Part shown: positions 49,962 to 59,715 of the stretch, one piece after another
Position numbering within the stretch: the stretch's first letter is position 1
Layout of the letters: each line of letters begins with the position of its first letter
The notes under the pieces: model-generated
What the model was told of the DNA's origin: nothing
Database searches by the model: none
Seen by the model: only the letters and a program-made list of their open reading frames with translations
Virus record (IMG/VR): IMGVR_UViG_3300032288_002010
Coordinates: 1-61,593 of that record
Strand: one strand, 5' to 3'
DNA: 61,593 nt
From: a virus
Lineage: Duplodnaviria; Caudoviricetes
Made by a program: the position numbers and the translations under genes

Positions 49962-51854
49962 TCATCTTACTATCTTGAATATTTTGCCAGTATCCGCAAT
50001 ATCAACGGTACCATCACTATATTCTACTTTAATAAGTATTTTGAAATATCTTTCTTGTGGTAGTCCTGTAGTATCTATTATAAAGTAATTTCCCTTTGAT
50101 GGATCACAACTTAATTTTGTATATCTGTCAAAATCTACTAATACCTCTTCTGATTCCGCATCTTTAATCATGTAATATGATGATTTTGGCAAATACTTAG
50201 GTGTTACCATTACTGGTTGTTGATAAGCCTTATTAAAAGTTTTTAATGGATATTTATCTCTTCCAAATACAAATACTTTAGGAATACTACCAGCTTTATA
50301 AGCCTCTTTTAGATATTGAAGATTTATTAAATTGTCTGTGGACCCACTAAGAGGAGCTAAACTACCAGTATTAAATATCACATCCTCCCAAGCCACATCC
50401 AAATATGGTGAATAAATTGTATTAGATTCTTTACTAAAGAATTGTAATAATCCATTGGTATATTCTAATGGAGGAGTACTCAATTCAAATGAAGTTATCA
50501 AAATTAACCCGTTATTTGGAACACATCCACACAACCAAGATCTCACCATCGTGGTTATATCCATGTTTATATCACTTTGCGATCCATATGAGAATGATTG
50601 ACTAGCAATCAAACTTGATCCTCTTAATCCAGGAAAAAATGATGAACTACAAATCCAATTACGCTTGTTGGTATATGTTGGTGGAACATTATAATACCAA
50701 GTTCCACCTTGGTTTTTAAAACTTCCGGTAGCATAAGATGATGTTAATAGATAATCAACTTGTTGATAACTACGAGTTTGTAAATTACGATACCACAATC
50801 CACTGCCTGAATAATTTCTATAATCCCAGCTGGCTCCTATTTCACTACCATCGTTTGCATATCTACCATTACCATTTTCCCAACTTGCACTCAATGGATA
50901 TGCATAGATCTTATAATCCAATGGAATATTTCTAGCACCAGCCGCTTTCAGATTTAAAGAAAACTTCATGTATGAACTTGAAATTTGTCGGCTTGCGATT
51001 GACTGACTTAATTCTGTTAAATCAAACTTAATTAATGTTCTTGAGAATTCTGGATACAATAAATAAGTTGCGGTTGATGGTCTTGTGAAATTGCCATTAT
51101 ATTGACCATCGAAGTATCCAATAAAATTAGTAACATCTGTTCTATATAAACGAGATGAAGTTACGGTTTGAATATATCCATTAAAATTGGATGAAGAAAA
51201 ACTTCCTGTAAATGATCCGCTTAAAAATGCTCGAACTGGTCTATAAAATCCTGTACAACAAGGAAGCCCTGTATTTGATCTACCATCGATGATACCTGTC
51301 AAATTCTTGAAGCTACCAGTACCAGTTACAGAAGCGGTAAGTGGAGACGTAAAATTTCTCGATCCAATTCTTAATTGGGTAAATGAAGATTTAGCTCGTA
51401 TAGATCCTGAAAAACTGCCTGTTGTCCAAGAACCGCTAGCATGAAAATTGTTATTAATAAAATTATAACTTCCGCTAAAAGATCCAGACGTAAATCCCGC
51501 AGATCCTGATACAAATAGTCTTTTTCTAGGAACGCTTATCACATTAGATAATCTTCCATTAAAATTAGCAATAAATGAAGTTCCAGCAATTGTATCTGAT
51601 GTCAAACTAAACTTTCTCCAAGTACTACCAGAATATATGAAAAGAGAGCTTGTATTATAAGCTAACCAACCTTCATTTCCATATGACGAAGTGGTCTGTG
51701 GAGGAGTCTGCCAATTTGGGGTCGTATATATTGTTTCTGACCCTTTGTTTGATGCATAGATTTCTAATATCTCATCAATACCAAAATTTTTATCTTCAAA
51801 TTTGGATGAGTTATTGATGTATGTATCTTTAGCTGGATATATAAATTTATGCAT
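49962..51854 (-). CDS. Baseplate-associated virion protein, very SGS/TGS-rich
   Basis: KDTYI...NFG.DEILEI, SRTLIKFDL, W.NG.G, FFSKE...P.L..W; GNEGWLAYN module. Confidence 0.6.
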   Translation of the reverse strand: MHKFIYPAKDTYINNSSKFEDKNFGIDEILEIYASNKGSETIYTTPNWQTPPQTTSSYGNEGWLAYNTSSLFIYSGSTWRKFSLTSDTIAGTSFIANFNGRLSNVISVPRKRLFVSGSAGFTSGSFSGSYNFINNNFHASGSWTTGSFSGSIRAKSSFTQLRIGSRNFTSPLTASVTGTGSFKNLTGIIDGRSNTGLPCCTGFYRPVRAFLSGSFTGSFSSSNFNGYIQTVTSSRLYRTDVTNFIGYFDGQYNGNFTRPSTATYLLYPEFSRTLIKFDLTELSQSIASRQISSSYMKFSLNLKAAGARNIPLDYKIYAYPLSASWENGNGRYANDGSEIGASWDYRNYSGSGLWYRNLQTRSYQQVDYLLTSSYATGSFKNQGGTWYYNVPPTYTNKRNWICSSSFFPGLRGSSLIASQSFSYGSQSDINMDITTMVRSWLCGCVPNNGLILITSFELSTPPLEYTNGLLQFFSKESNTIYSPYLDVAWEDVIFNTGSLAPLSGSTDNLINLQYLKEAYKAGSIPKVFVFGRDKYPLKTFNKAYQQPVMVTPKYLPKSSYYMIKDAESEEVLVDFDRYTKLSCDPSKGNYFIIDTTGLPQERYFKILIKVEYSDGTVDIADTGKIFKIVR

Positions 51855-51855
51855 A

Positions 51856-53835
51856 TTAGACTACCAATCCCTTAATGTCGTTGTTTGGATATTTAACCTC
51901 AAATACTGATGGATCCTTTGATGGATACACGATATTATTTTGAGTGGCGATACTGATATTATAAGCAACCGGAGAATAGTTTCCATCATCGATGGTTAAA
52001 TTTTTCACCTTAATATCAGTGACAGATTGGACTCCTTCAATCTTCATGATTTCAAAATTCAATTGACTAAGATTAATTGGTTGATTGAAACTCCACTTAT
52101 CAATTTCAAAGAATGATTTAACAGATTGAATACAATTATTTAAAACATCACGTTTATTGAACCCTTGAAATACTGATATTTTAAATTCAACGCCGATATT
52201 AATTATGAATCCGTCAATTATATTAATCTTATCGGTTAATATTCTATAATTTTTTATGTAGGTAATTAAGTTCTGAAGAGTAGCTTGGTTGATAGTAGTC
52301 AAGTTTTTATTTGCATCATAACCCAATAAATATAGATTATTTGTAAATGGGTTATTTGACTCTAAGAACTTTCTTCTATCCAAAAGATTAATTGGTGTCA
52401 AATCAACATTTAAATTATTATCAATAGTTGTTATACCAGATACCAATCCGTTGTAAGTAACTTGTTGTGTTAAATTACTTTGAACATAAGCTTTAGCAAT
52501 ATTTCCTAAGTCTGGTGGAAGTGCATATACTCTCAACAAAAAGTCATCTTGGGTAACCATTCTGTTTTGAGATGAAAAGTTTAAAATAGCATTTTGACGA
52601 ATCTCTTCATCTGATTCTGCATCATCGCCTCCGGTAGAAGCTTCATCATTATTCACTCTCAACGAGTTCTTTATATTATTTAATAATGAAATTTCACTAT
52701 CGGTTAAACCTGTAGTATCGTTTTGGAATGATGTTGCAGAAATTTTACTAATATCTCCGGCATTTACATTCGAATTGATTCCACCACCTATAATGTAAGT
52801 AATAGTTAAAGTTGTATTTGATGGAGATACGCCGTAAGAATTGCTTTTTAATACATTCGTACCATCTAAGCTGATATTTAAATTCTTTAGATTGGATAGT
52901 GCAACACCAACATTCGTTGGATTTGGGATTACAATTGTATTCTCAAAATTTTCAGTGTTTGCACCAAATTGTAAATACGTAAAATTGTTTTCGTCAATAG
53001 TTGTTACAAATCTTTTCTCAGTTCTTAAATATTTAAGAATTTTTGGAGTTTCACCTCTGTATTTAGATAAAGTCTGGTTTGTTAACGGAACATTATCGAT
53101 CTTGAGTGGAATGGTATCTTGCGCCAAGTAATCCACTTCATAATAATTGTTATTATTTGAGTCTATTACACTTACAACTTTAAGAACATTGGTTTCATCT
53201 AGCTTTATAGACAAAAATGGAGTAGCGTTTGTAACACTAACTTGTTTTGTTACTATTGTTCCAGAATAAGCCTTGGTTGATTTCTTTAATAGGAAGAATT
53301 GTGGAGCGCCGGTTTCGTCTCTATTGAAAACGCTAATTTCTCTAGGCGAGAATAGTGTGTCTTGAGTGAAATCCACACTTTCTTCAACAATAAAGTTAAC
53401 ACCACTTATACTTGATAGTTGAGTAAATGGTCTTAGTATCAACGCATATCGTTCATCTGGTACATATTCATTATTTGTTGTTTGAATTGATGGTACTAAT
53501 TGAAATATATCAACTGATGTTGATGAAGCAGATGATACTTTTGGTTTGTAACCCAAAAATTTAGCTAAATTTATAATATTTCTACGATCAACCGCAAATT
53601 GGATGAAACTTTCCAAGAATTGTTGATCGGTATAATATGATAATACATCACCTACATATGCGGCTTGTTCAATAAAGATTTGGCCTGGAGAACTTTCACT
53701 AAAATCTCTGTAAGACAACGGATAATATTGCTTGGTGAAGTCAATCAGTTGTTGTTTTAAAGATGTAAAGTCCCTATTCACATAGTTAACATCCTTTGTG
53801 TTTGTTCTAAACGTTTTGTTAATTAGTTCTGACAT
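51856..53835 (-). CDS. Baseplate wedge protein (T4 gp6 / baseplate J-like)
   Basis: RDFTSLK, DFSESSPG, AYVGDVLSYY, LGYKP, GG.DAES.EEIR, QNRMVT..D. Confidence 0.85.
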   Translation of the reverse strand: MSELINKTFRTNTKDVNYVNRDFTSLKQQLIDFTKQYYPLSYRDFSESSPGQIFIEQAAYVGDVLSYYTDQQFLESFIQFAVDRRNIINLAKFLGYKPKVSSASSTSVDIFQLVPSIQTTNNEYVPDERYALILRPFTQLSSISGVNFIVEESVDFTQDTLFSPREISVFNRDETGAPQFFLLKKSTKAYSGTIVTKQVSVTNATPFLSIKLDETNVLKVVSVIDSNNNNYYEVDYLAQDTIPLKIDNVPLTNQTLSKYRGETPKILKYLRTEKRFVTTIDENNFTYLQFGANTENFENTIVIPNPTNVGVALSNLKNLNISLDGTNVLKSNSYGVSPSNTTLTITYIIGGGINSNVNAGDISKISATSFQNDTTGLTDSEISLLNNIKNSLRVNNDEASTGGDDAESDEEIRQNAILNFSSQNRMVTQDDFLLRVYALPPDLGNIAKAYVQSNLTQQVTYNGLVSGITTIDNNLNVDLTPINLLDRRKFLESNNPFTNNLYLLGYDANKNLTTINQATLQNLITYIKNYRILTDKINIIDGFIINIGVEFKISVFQGFNKRDVLNNCIQSVKSFFEIDKWSFNQPINLSQLNFEIMKIEGVQSVTDIKVKNLTIDDGNYSPVAYNISIATQNNIVYPSKDPSVFEVKYPNNDIKGLVV

Positions 53836-54248
53836 CAGATTCTAGGGTTTGAAATTGCTACATCCGTCGTTGCAGTCGTATTATTATAAGTAAACACGAC
53901 GCTTATAAATATCTTATTCTTATCATTATTAATTGTTCCCGTGAATTTTTGTTCATTCGATAATGATACCTTTACATCGGTAACTATCACACCATTAACA
54001 AACTTATCAACATCACGTTGAACTGCATCAACAATAATTTCTTTAGACACCTCCAAATCATTCATTTGAAACAATAGTCCATATAAACTTGAACCAAATG
54101 TGTTGTTGAATCGTCTTTCTCCAGGCTTAGTTAACAATAGGTTCTGAATATTTGAAGACAATTGTTCAGCAGTCAAAGAATTGGTTTGAAAATATCCATC
54201 TTGACCCAAAGTAATTGGTAGTTTTAAACCTAATGCTTTTTTAGCCAT
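53835..54248 (-). CDS. Baseplate wedge subunit (gp25-like)
   Basis: NIQNLLLTKPGERRFNNTFGS.L..LLF. Confidence 0.85.
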   Translation of the reverse strand: MAKKALGLKLPITLGQDGYFQTNSLTAEQLSSNIQNLLLTKPGERRFNNTFGSSLYGLLFQMNDLEVSKEIIVDAVQRDVDKFVNGVIVTDVKVSLSNEQKFTGTINNDKNKIFISVVFTYNNTTATTDVAISNPRI

Positions 54249-54251
54249 GTA

Positions 54252-54725
54252 TTAAACCTTGTTTCTCTTCTTGTCTATAGCCTTCATCAACTTTGAATAG
54301 TCTCTGGTCATGGCTTGATAAACACCTTTTACTTCGGCGGGAGCACTTTCAGGAGCTTTAACTGGTGCCACAACTTCGTTGATAATTGATGAATCTCCAC
54401 CTATGTTTGAAAATCCTTCGGATAGACCAACATATTGACCTTCTCTTGGAATTCCACCCTTGGTCTCATTTAGTATTTGATTCAACACTTCGTTGTTTGT
54501 ATATTTAACAAACTTCTTTGGTGGTTCGGGTACAACTTCTTCTTTAATAGATTCCTCAAGCATTTCTTCCATCTTGATAGGAGCATCTTCTCTTATTTTA
54601 GTTTTCTTAGCGTCTTCTGCAAGAATTATTTCTGCTAAACAAGATCTCAATTCCTTTTTAAGAATAGATTTAACTTCTTGATGTACTATTTTTTTGATTA
54701 CTTCTTTCAATGCATCACTTTTCAT
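54252..54725 (-). CDS. Hypothetical protein
   Basis: LKEVIKKIVHQEV start; LNQILNET; TRDYSKLMKA. Confidence 0.6.
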   Translation of the reverse strand: MKSDALKEVIKKIVHQEVKSILKKELRSCLAEIILAEDAKKTKIREDAPIKMEEMLEESIKEEVVPEPPKKFVKYTNNEVLNQILNETKGGIPREGQYVGLSEGFSNIGGDSSIINEVVAPVKAPESAPAEVKGVYQAMTRDYSKLMKAIDKKRNKV

Positions 54726-54741
54726 ATGCTTATATATATAA

Positions 54742-56343
54742 TTATACTAGACCAGACAGATTTTGATTAATATTTGATATTTGTTGACTACCTATATCAG
54801 GTAAAGACATGGCTTCTTTTTGTAGTTCGGCCGAAGTTGGAACATTTATATCCCCAGTGTAGTTTTTAGGTTTCTTCACCTTAATCGTCTTTATTCTGGG
54901 TTGACTTGGTGGTTTTGGTACTTTTGGTTTTGGAACTCCATTTTTTATAGATGACAATTTTGCAGCTGCCGCACCTAATGCACCACCAGATACAGCTCCT
55001 ATTATTGCACCCCTTTTACCACCAGCTATTGCTCCTATACTAGCTCCAAGACCAGTTCCAGCCAAAGCACCTCCAGTAACACCTCCTATTGATAATCCTG
55101 TACCAACGGCAGCACCACCTAATCCACCAATTAAAGCACCTTTTCCGCCTCCAGCCAATGCACCTATTCCTGCGCCAGCAGCACCACCCAATAAACCAGC
55201 TCCCAAAGCCTTTTTAGCAGCATCAACTTTGGCTATAGCTTGAGTGGATGATATCTGCCCAGTTTTTGGATCTATAACCTTGTCATTTCCTGCAATAGAT
55301 GTTGGATTAAATTTATCCGGATTCCAATCTTTACCCAAACCATCGGCTTTAGACTTTAAACTACCAACTACACCACCCAATGCTGCTCCAGAAATTCCAC
55401 CAATCAAAGCACCTTTTCCACCCCCGGCTAACGCACCAATTCCTGCACCGGCTGCACCACCCAATAAACCACCAGTTAATCCATTTAAAGCACTACCGGC
55501 CGATTGAGCCTGATTTGTTACGTTACCAACAGCTCCTTGAGCTTGTGAAGTTACATTACTAACTGAACTTTGTGCTTGTGAAGTTACTCCGCTAACAGCT
55601 CCTTGAGCTTGTGAAGTTACATTACTAACTGAACTTTGTGCTTGTGAAGTTACTCCGCTAACAGCTCCTTGAGCTTGTGAAGTTACATTACTAACTGAAC
55701 TTTGTGCGTTTGAAGTGGCCTGTTGTGCTGCGGTAGAATCTAGTTGTTTAACTTCTTGTGTTGGAAGTTTTACATTCGGATTATCTACAACCGGCGCTTT
55801 ATTGGTAACACCGGATATAGTTTGTGTTGGTGGACCTGGCAACGATGGATCTGGATCAGTTAATGGAAGATCCTTCTCTATAGTAAATCCTCTCGTTGCT
55901 AGTTGATCTTTTATAGTTTGAACAAAAGACTCACGTAGATAACTTAAAGACTTTGATACAGATTCTCCGGGAGATTTTCTTTGTTGAATATCGGTCTTAC
56001 TCTCAGCTGCAACAATTGTTCTAAACTTTTTACCTGGCACAGGATTTTTTATATCAACGCCACCTGTAGTAAACGACCTAAATAATCCATATTCATTTGG
56101 AGTATCAACTACATAACCTTCAACCGAGAAATCAATTTGCTGTGGGAAATTTGCATCAGGTGTTAAATTTCTAGTCTTAACATCAAAAACCAGAGATGCG
56201 TCTTTGTCAGTTACTAAATTTGGGTTTTTAAGATCTATATTTGATACAAACGCATTCCAATCTTTCCTAAATTGATTGGGAGAGAATGTACCATTCCAAG
56301 GAATTGCTTGTTTATACGCAAAATAATATTTTTTAGTAGCCAT
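54742..56343 (-). CDS. Protein with 22-aa tandem repeats and glycine-zipper hydrophobic segments
   Basis: SSVSNVTSQAQGAVSGVTSQAQ repeats; GLLGGAAGAGIGALAGGGKGALIGG twice plus a degenerate copy. Confidence 0.65.
   Translation of the reverse strand: MATKKYYFAYKQAIPWNGTFSPNQFRKDWNAFVSNIDLKNPNLVTDKDASLVFDVKTRNLTPDANFPQQIDFSVEGYVVDTPNEYGLFRSFTTGGVDIKNPVPGKKFRTIVAAESKTDIQQRKSPGESVSKSLSYLRESFVQTIKDQLATRGFTIEKDLPLTDPDPSLPGPPTQTISGVTNKAPVVDNPNVKLPTQEVKQLDSTAAQQATSNAQSSVSNVTSQAQGAVSGVTSQAQSSVSNVTSQAQGAVSGVTSQAQSSVSNVTSQAQGAVGNVTNQAQSAGSALNGLTGGLLGGAAGAGIGALAGGGKGALIGGISGAALGGVVGSLKSKADGLGKDWNPDKFNPTSIAGNDKVIDPKTGQISSTQAIAKVDAAKKALGAGLLGGAAGAGIGALAGGGKGALIGGLGGAAVGTGLSIGGVTGGALAGTGLGASIGAIAGGKRGAIIGAVSGGALGAAAAKLSSIKNGVPKPKVPKPPSQPRIKTIKVKKPKNYTGDINVPTSAELQKEAMSLPDIGSQQISNINQNLSGLV
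55528..55707. repeat. 66-bp tandem repeat, about 2.7 identical copies
   Basis: Unit starting aacagctccttgagcttgtgaagttac at 55528, 55594 and 55660. Confidence 0.9.
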
Positions 56344-56346
56344 ATA

Positions 56347-58056
56347 TTATTCAAATTCAAATTCGATTTGCACTGGACCTTCACGGCGATTTCTACCTTT
56401 GAAATCACCCACAACACCTTCTCCGGTCACCGTATTAATTTTAACTGGATCTTTGCATTCGGATCCACTACCAGATGGTTTTACACCATTACTGCCAGGA
56501 GCATATCCACCACCAGTTAAAAATACTCTTCTACTCAATGTTTTATGTAGATTATCTCTCAACAACTTCAATGTTATTTGTTGTACTGGAATTTGTGTTT
56601 GATCTGGTTGTGCATCCATCGTATTTTGTTGATTAATAGCACCGGCATCTTGATGCCCGTGTGGATGTGGATGTACGTGGTGATACCAGTGTACATGATC
56701 CAATAACCAATTACAAAGATCATACAACCAATCAACGGTTGTTTGTCCCAACATTGCTGGTTCATTAGTTTCTCCATATTGTCCCAAAAATATCTGTGGA
56801 GAGTTTAAACATGTTAATCGGTTGGTGGTGATTATAACTTGATCATTTGCATCAACTGTGTATTCATTATCTGTTACTACAGCATAACGTTTTTTGCTAA
56901 AGTGTAATGTCTCAGCAAATCTGCTACTTAAAACTAAACGATCTGTGTTTATAACAATTTGATCTCCATTCAAAGATGGCATCACAAAATTTGTAGAATT
57001 TGAAGGATTAAATTTTGTTTGTTCTTCTGTTGGTTCGTTATCTTGATTTACTCCGAATACACTTTTATATATTGTAGTTTTCCATTTAGATATTGTTGCT
57101 CCGCTTGATATTTCTATGGTACTACCATCGTGATTTATATCTTCCTCTATTTGTCCGCCATAGTTTTTTTCCAGAGGATTTATTTTATTAATCTTTGGTA
57201 ATTTTGGATGAACAGATTGATCTACGTCTCTAGAAATATTTCTTTGTCTATTTCTGATTGTGATTTTTGGATTACCATATCCACCTAATTGAGATTTCTT
57301 GAATAGATTTTTATCTAAAATATATGATGAATTAGTTATATTTTTATCAATCAATCTATTATCATCATAAGCACTGAATCTAATTGATTGCCCAAATCTA
57401 CTTTCTATAGCAGTGTCACCTTCGTATTTTTTAACTGATCGAATATACGGATTGATAATAAAATAGTTACCAAAAAAACCAGTTTGATTTAAATTAGTAA
57501 ATAGTGGATGTGAAATATAACTCTCTTTAAAAGGAGGTTTTAAATATGGGATTGCACTATTTGCGGTATCACTAGCCGATTTCTCAGTAACAAAATCTCC
57601 GTTAGTACCTACAAAATTATACTTACTTAATGGTTTTGTATAATAGTAGCTATCTCCTATTTTGATAACCATCACCTGTTCATTTATTAATGGATATTGT
57701 GTTATGGTGGTATCCAAAGGAATAGCCCATGGTAACTTTTCCACCGCAGTTTGTTTTTCCAAACTAAGTATTCTTATTTTCGCTCTACCGATATAACTAT
57801 AGTCAACATCTGATGCATTTGGAACTGCGGTGTTGTAATTTACAGGAATCTGTTGATACTTAATTGTAGGTGCTGGATATGAATTTGGATCATTTTGATT
57901 CTTACCCATGAATGGATGATTTTCATCAAGTATAATATCAACCACAACTGCTAGTTGAAAGTTTGGATTGGCTGATAAAATATTCGTAGGATCCATAGAT
58001 TTAGCCGGTTGGCTAAGGTTCCTTACGATATTCATTACATTAGTAGAGCTGCTCAT
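56347..58056 (-). CDS. Baseplate central spike/hub protein (gp5-like) with His-rich tip
   Basis: N-terminal OB-like IGRAKIR..WAIP..YPLINEQV; EGD..IESRFGQSIR; beta-helix-like GDQIVINTDRL; HVHWYHHVHPHPHGH. Confidence 0.7.
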   Translation of the reverse strand: MSSSTNVMNIVRNLSQPAKSMDPTNILSANPNFQLAVVVDIILDENHPFMGKNQNDPNSYPAPTIKYQQIPVNYNTAVPNASDVDYSYIGRAKIRILSLEKQTAVEKLPWAIPLDTTITQYPLINEQVMVIKIGDSYYYTKPLSKYNFVGTNGDFVTEKSASDTANSAIPYLKPPFKESYISHPLFTNLNQTGFFGNYFIINPYIRSVKKYEGDTAIESRFGQSIRFSAYDDNRLIDKNITNSSYILDKNLFKKSQLGGYGNPKITIRNRQRNISRDVDQSVHPKLPKINKINPLEKNYGGQIEEDINHDGSTIEISSGATISKWKTTIYKSVFGVNQDNEPTEEQTKFNPSNSTNFVMPSLNGDQIVINTDRLVLSSRFAETLHFSKKRYAVVTDNEYTVDANDQVIITTNRLTCLNSPQIFLGQYGETNEPAMLGQTTVDWLYDLCNWLLDHVHWYHHVHPHPHGHQDAGAINQQNTMDAQPDQTQIPVQQITLKLLRDNLHKTLSRRVFLTGGGYAPGSNGVKPSGSGSECKDPVKINTVTGEGVVGDFKGRNRREGPVQIEFEFE

Positions 58057-58057
58057 T

Positions 58058-58402
58058 TTATTCGGAGGTTTTACTTATCTTGATTACTTCATCCATTAGT
58101 TGTTTACGTTCTTCGTCTGAAATTAAAGTTTGCATTCCTTCGGCACTATTTTCTGACTTTGCAACCAATCTCTGTACGACCGCAGCTATTTTAATCAGTT
58201 GTTCGTCATTCTTTACGCCAACATCAAAATAATCTTTGATAAGTGGTACAATAATAACTGCGTCGTTAATGGTTTTGATTAAACCTCTTAGTTCAGAAAC
58301 CAGTATATCGATTTGATCCTTTTTATTTTCTGAGTTCTTCACAATATCTTTGCAAAGTCCAGAAAAGGATTTTCCTTTATATATCTCAAAATTTAGATCC
58401 AT
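58058..58402 (-). CDS. Helical hypothetical protein
   Basis: 114-aa ORF; TATTTATA at 58407-58414. Confidence 0.65.
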   Translation of the reverse strand: MDLNFEIYKGKSFSGLCKDIVKNSENKKDQIDILVSELRGLIKTINDAVIIVPLIKDYFDVGVKNDEQLIKIAAVVQRLVAKSENSAEGMQTLISDEERKQLMDEVIKISKTSE

Positions 58403-58415
58403 ATCATATAAATAG

Positions 58416-58443
58416 AAAAAACCACCTAATTTCTTAGGTGGTT
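58416..58443 (-). terminator. Rho-independent terminator
   Basis: aaccacctaa-tttc-ttaggtggtt: 10-bp stem, GAAA loop, U-tract. Confidence 0.85.
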
Positions 58444-58459
58444 AGTTAATTTAATTGTT

Positions 58460-59458
58460 TTAAATGACTCCTCTATTCAAATAATTCTGCATTATAAAGT
58501 TCTGATAATTCTTCATTTTGTTAATAACTTTGGTAACCTGCTGTGTTTTACATCCACTAATTTCTCTAATATAAAGATATAATGTTTTTTTATTGAATGT
58601 CTCTAATCTATCACAACTTCTGAATAACTCTATAACTGCATATGCAATATGCAAATCTTTTTCCTTGTTAAAAATCTTACGAATATTTTTTTCCCAGTAA
58701 TCAACCAATAATTTCATTAACTCTTGAGTCTGTACATTTTTATGATGTGCATCTTCCGTTTGTAAACACACAGAAGATTCTCCAGGAGTTTCTGAAATGT
58801 CTACGTGTTGATTAAAACGTTTATAATTTGAATTGTTATGAAATATTAAATAGTTCTTAGCTACGATACTAAAATAACTAAATGCTTTACCCTTACCAGC
58901 TTGAAATTTATGCATATTTGATACCAAATGTGATACAGTTTCCTTTTGAATTTCAAGTGGACTATTGTCAAAATAAGTAAACTTAAATGTATTAAATATA
59001 TTTTCTACCAATTTATCAAAACTATACTTTATCTTCGTTTCATATATTACATTTCGCATCTTTATGTCTTCAGTCTCATTGTAAGCAACTATGGCCTCTT
59101 CGGTAGCTTTGCTAAAGTAAATCTTTTCCTTTTTATTTCTACCTCTTCTTCTCTTCTTTGGTTCATTTTCATCAACCAATGTAATTTCCTCAGATTCCTC
59201 AACATCAACGTTTGTCTTTGGTACAATATTACTTCTTGGTACTACAATCTCCGAATTAACACTTAACTTTGTTTTAGGCTCTTTGTTGGGTTTAACTTGT
59301 TTCTTTTTCTTGGTATCCTTTTTTAGGATAACAGAAATAGATATTTTTGGCTTTTTTGAAACCTTTATACCCTTAGATTTACTAGTCAACTTGACAAGTT
59401 TCTTCTTAGTTTTTGTTGGTTTTTTCATTAATGTTGGCTGGATTACTGGACTCATCAT
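58460..59458 (-). CDS. Phage-encoded RNA polymerase sigma-like factor (gp55-type) with Lys-rich N-terminal extension
   Basis: Region-2-like KFQAGKGKAFSYFSIVAKNYLI; C-terminal helix-turn-helix-like segment. SD GAAAGGA at 59462-59468 favours ATG 59455. Confidence 0.6.
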   Translation of the reverse strand: MMSPVIQPTLMKKPTKTKKKLVKLTSKSKGIKVSKKPKISISVILKKDTKKKKQVKPNKEPKTKLSVNSEIVVPRSNIVPKTNVDVEESEEITLVDENEPKKRRRGRNKKEKIYFSKATEEAIVAYNETEDIKMRNVIYETKIKYSFDKLVENIFNTFKFTYFDNSPLEIQKETVSHLVSNMHKFQAGKGKAFSYFSIVAKNYLIFHNNSNYKRFNQHVDISETPGESSVCLQTEDAHHKNVQTQELMKLLVDYWEKNIRKIFNKEKDLHIAYAVIELFRSCDRLETFNKKTLYLYIREISGCKTQQVTKVINKMKNYQNFIMQNYLNRGVI

Positions 59459-59711
59459 TTATCCTTTCGTTAGTTATCTTTATAATATTGAGAATGTCGG
59501 AAAACAAAAATCCAACATCATCATCTTTTTCAAAGATACCACGATTATCAACATCCTTCAACTTTTTGTATACATTATTTACTGATTGTTTGAAATCAAC
59601 TAACCATTCTTCTAACATATCAATCGTATAAAATGCACGACGCAACGATATGATTAAAAAGACATTAGCCATTACCGATATCAGTAAAACAAATATTAAA
59701 AAGTATATCAT
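59406..59711 (-). CDS. Small single-TM membrane protein
   Basis: N-terminal hydrophobic helix; D.RG.FE.DDDVGF. Confidence 0.6.
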   Translation of the reverse strand: MIYFLIFVLLISVMANVFLIISLRRAFYTIDMLEEWLVDFKQSVNNVYKKLKDVDNRGIFEKDDDVGFLFSDILNIIKITNERINDESSNPANINEKTNKN

Positions 59712-59715
59712 TCAG

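Noticed and set aside
55528-55707. 66-bp periodicity as a CRISPR array
   Set aside because: Whole units are identical and in frame within a CDS; no unique spacers.
2143-59631. Many 60-130 aa ORFs antisense or out of frame within long genes
   Set aside because: Fully overlap well-supported CDSs and have no motifs or initiation signals.
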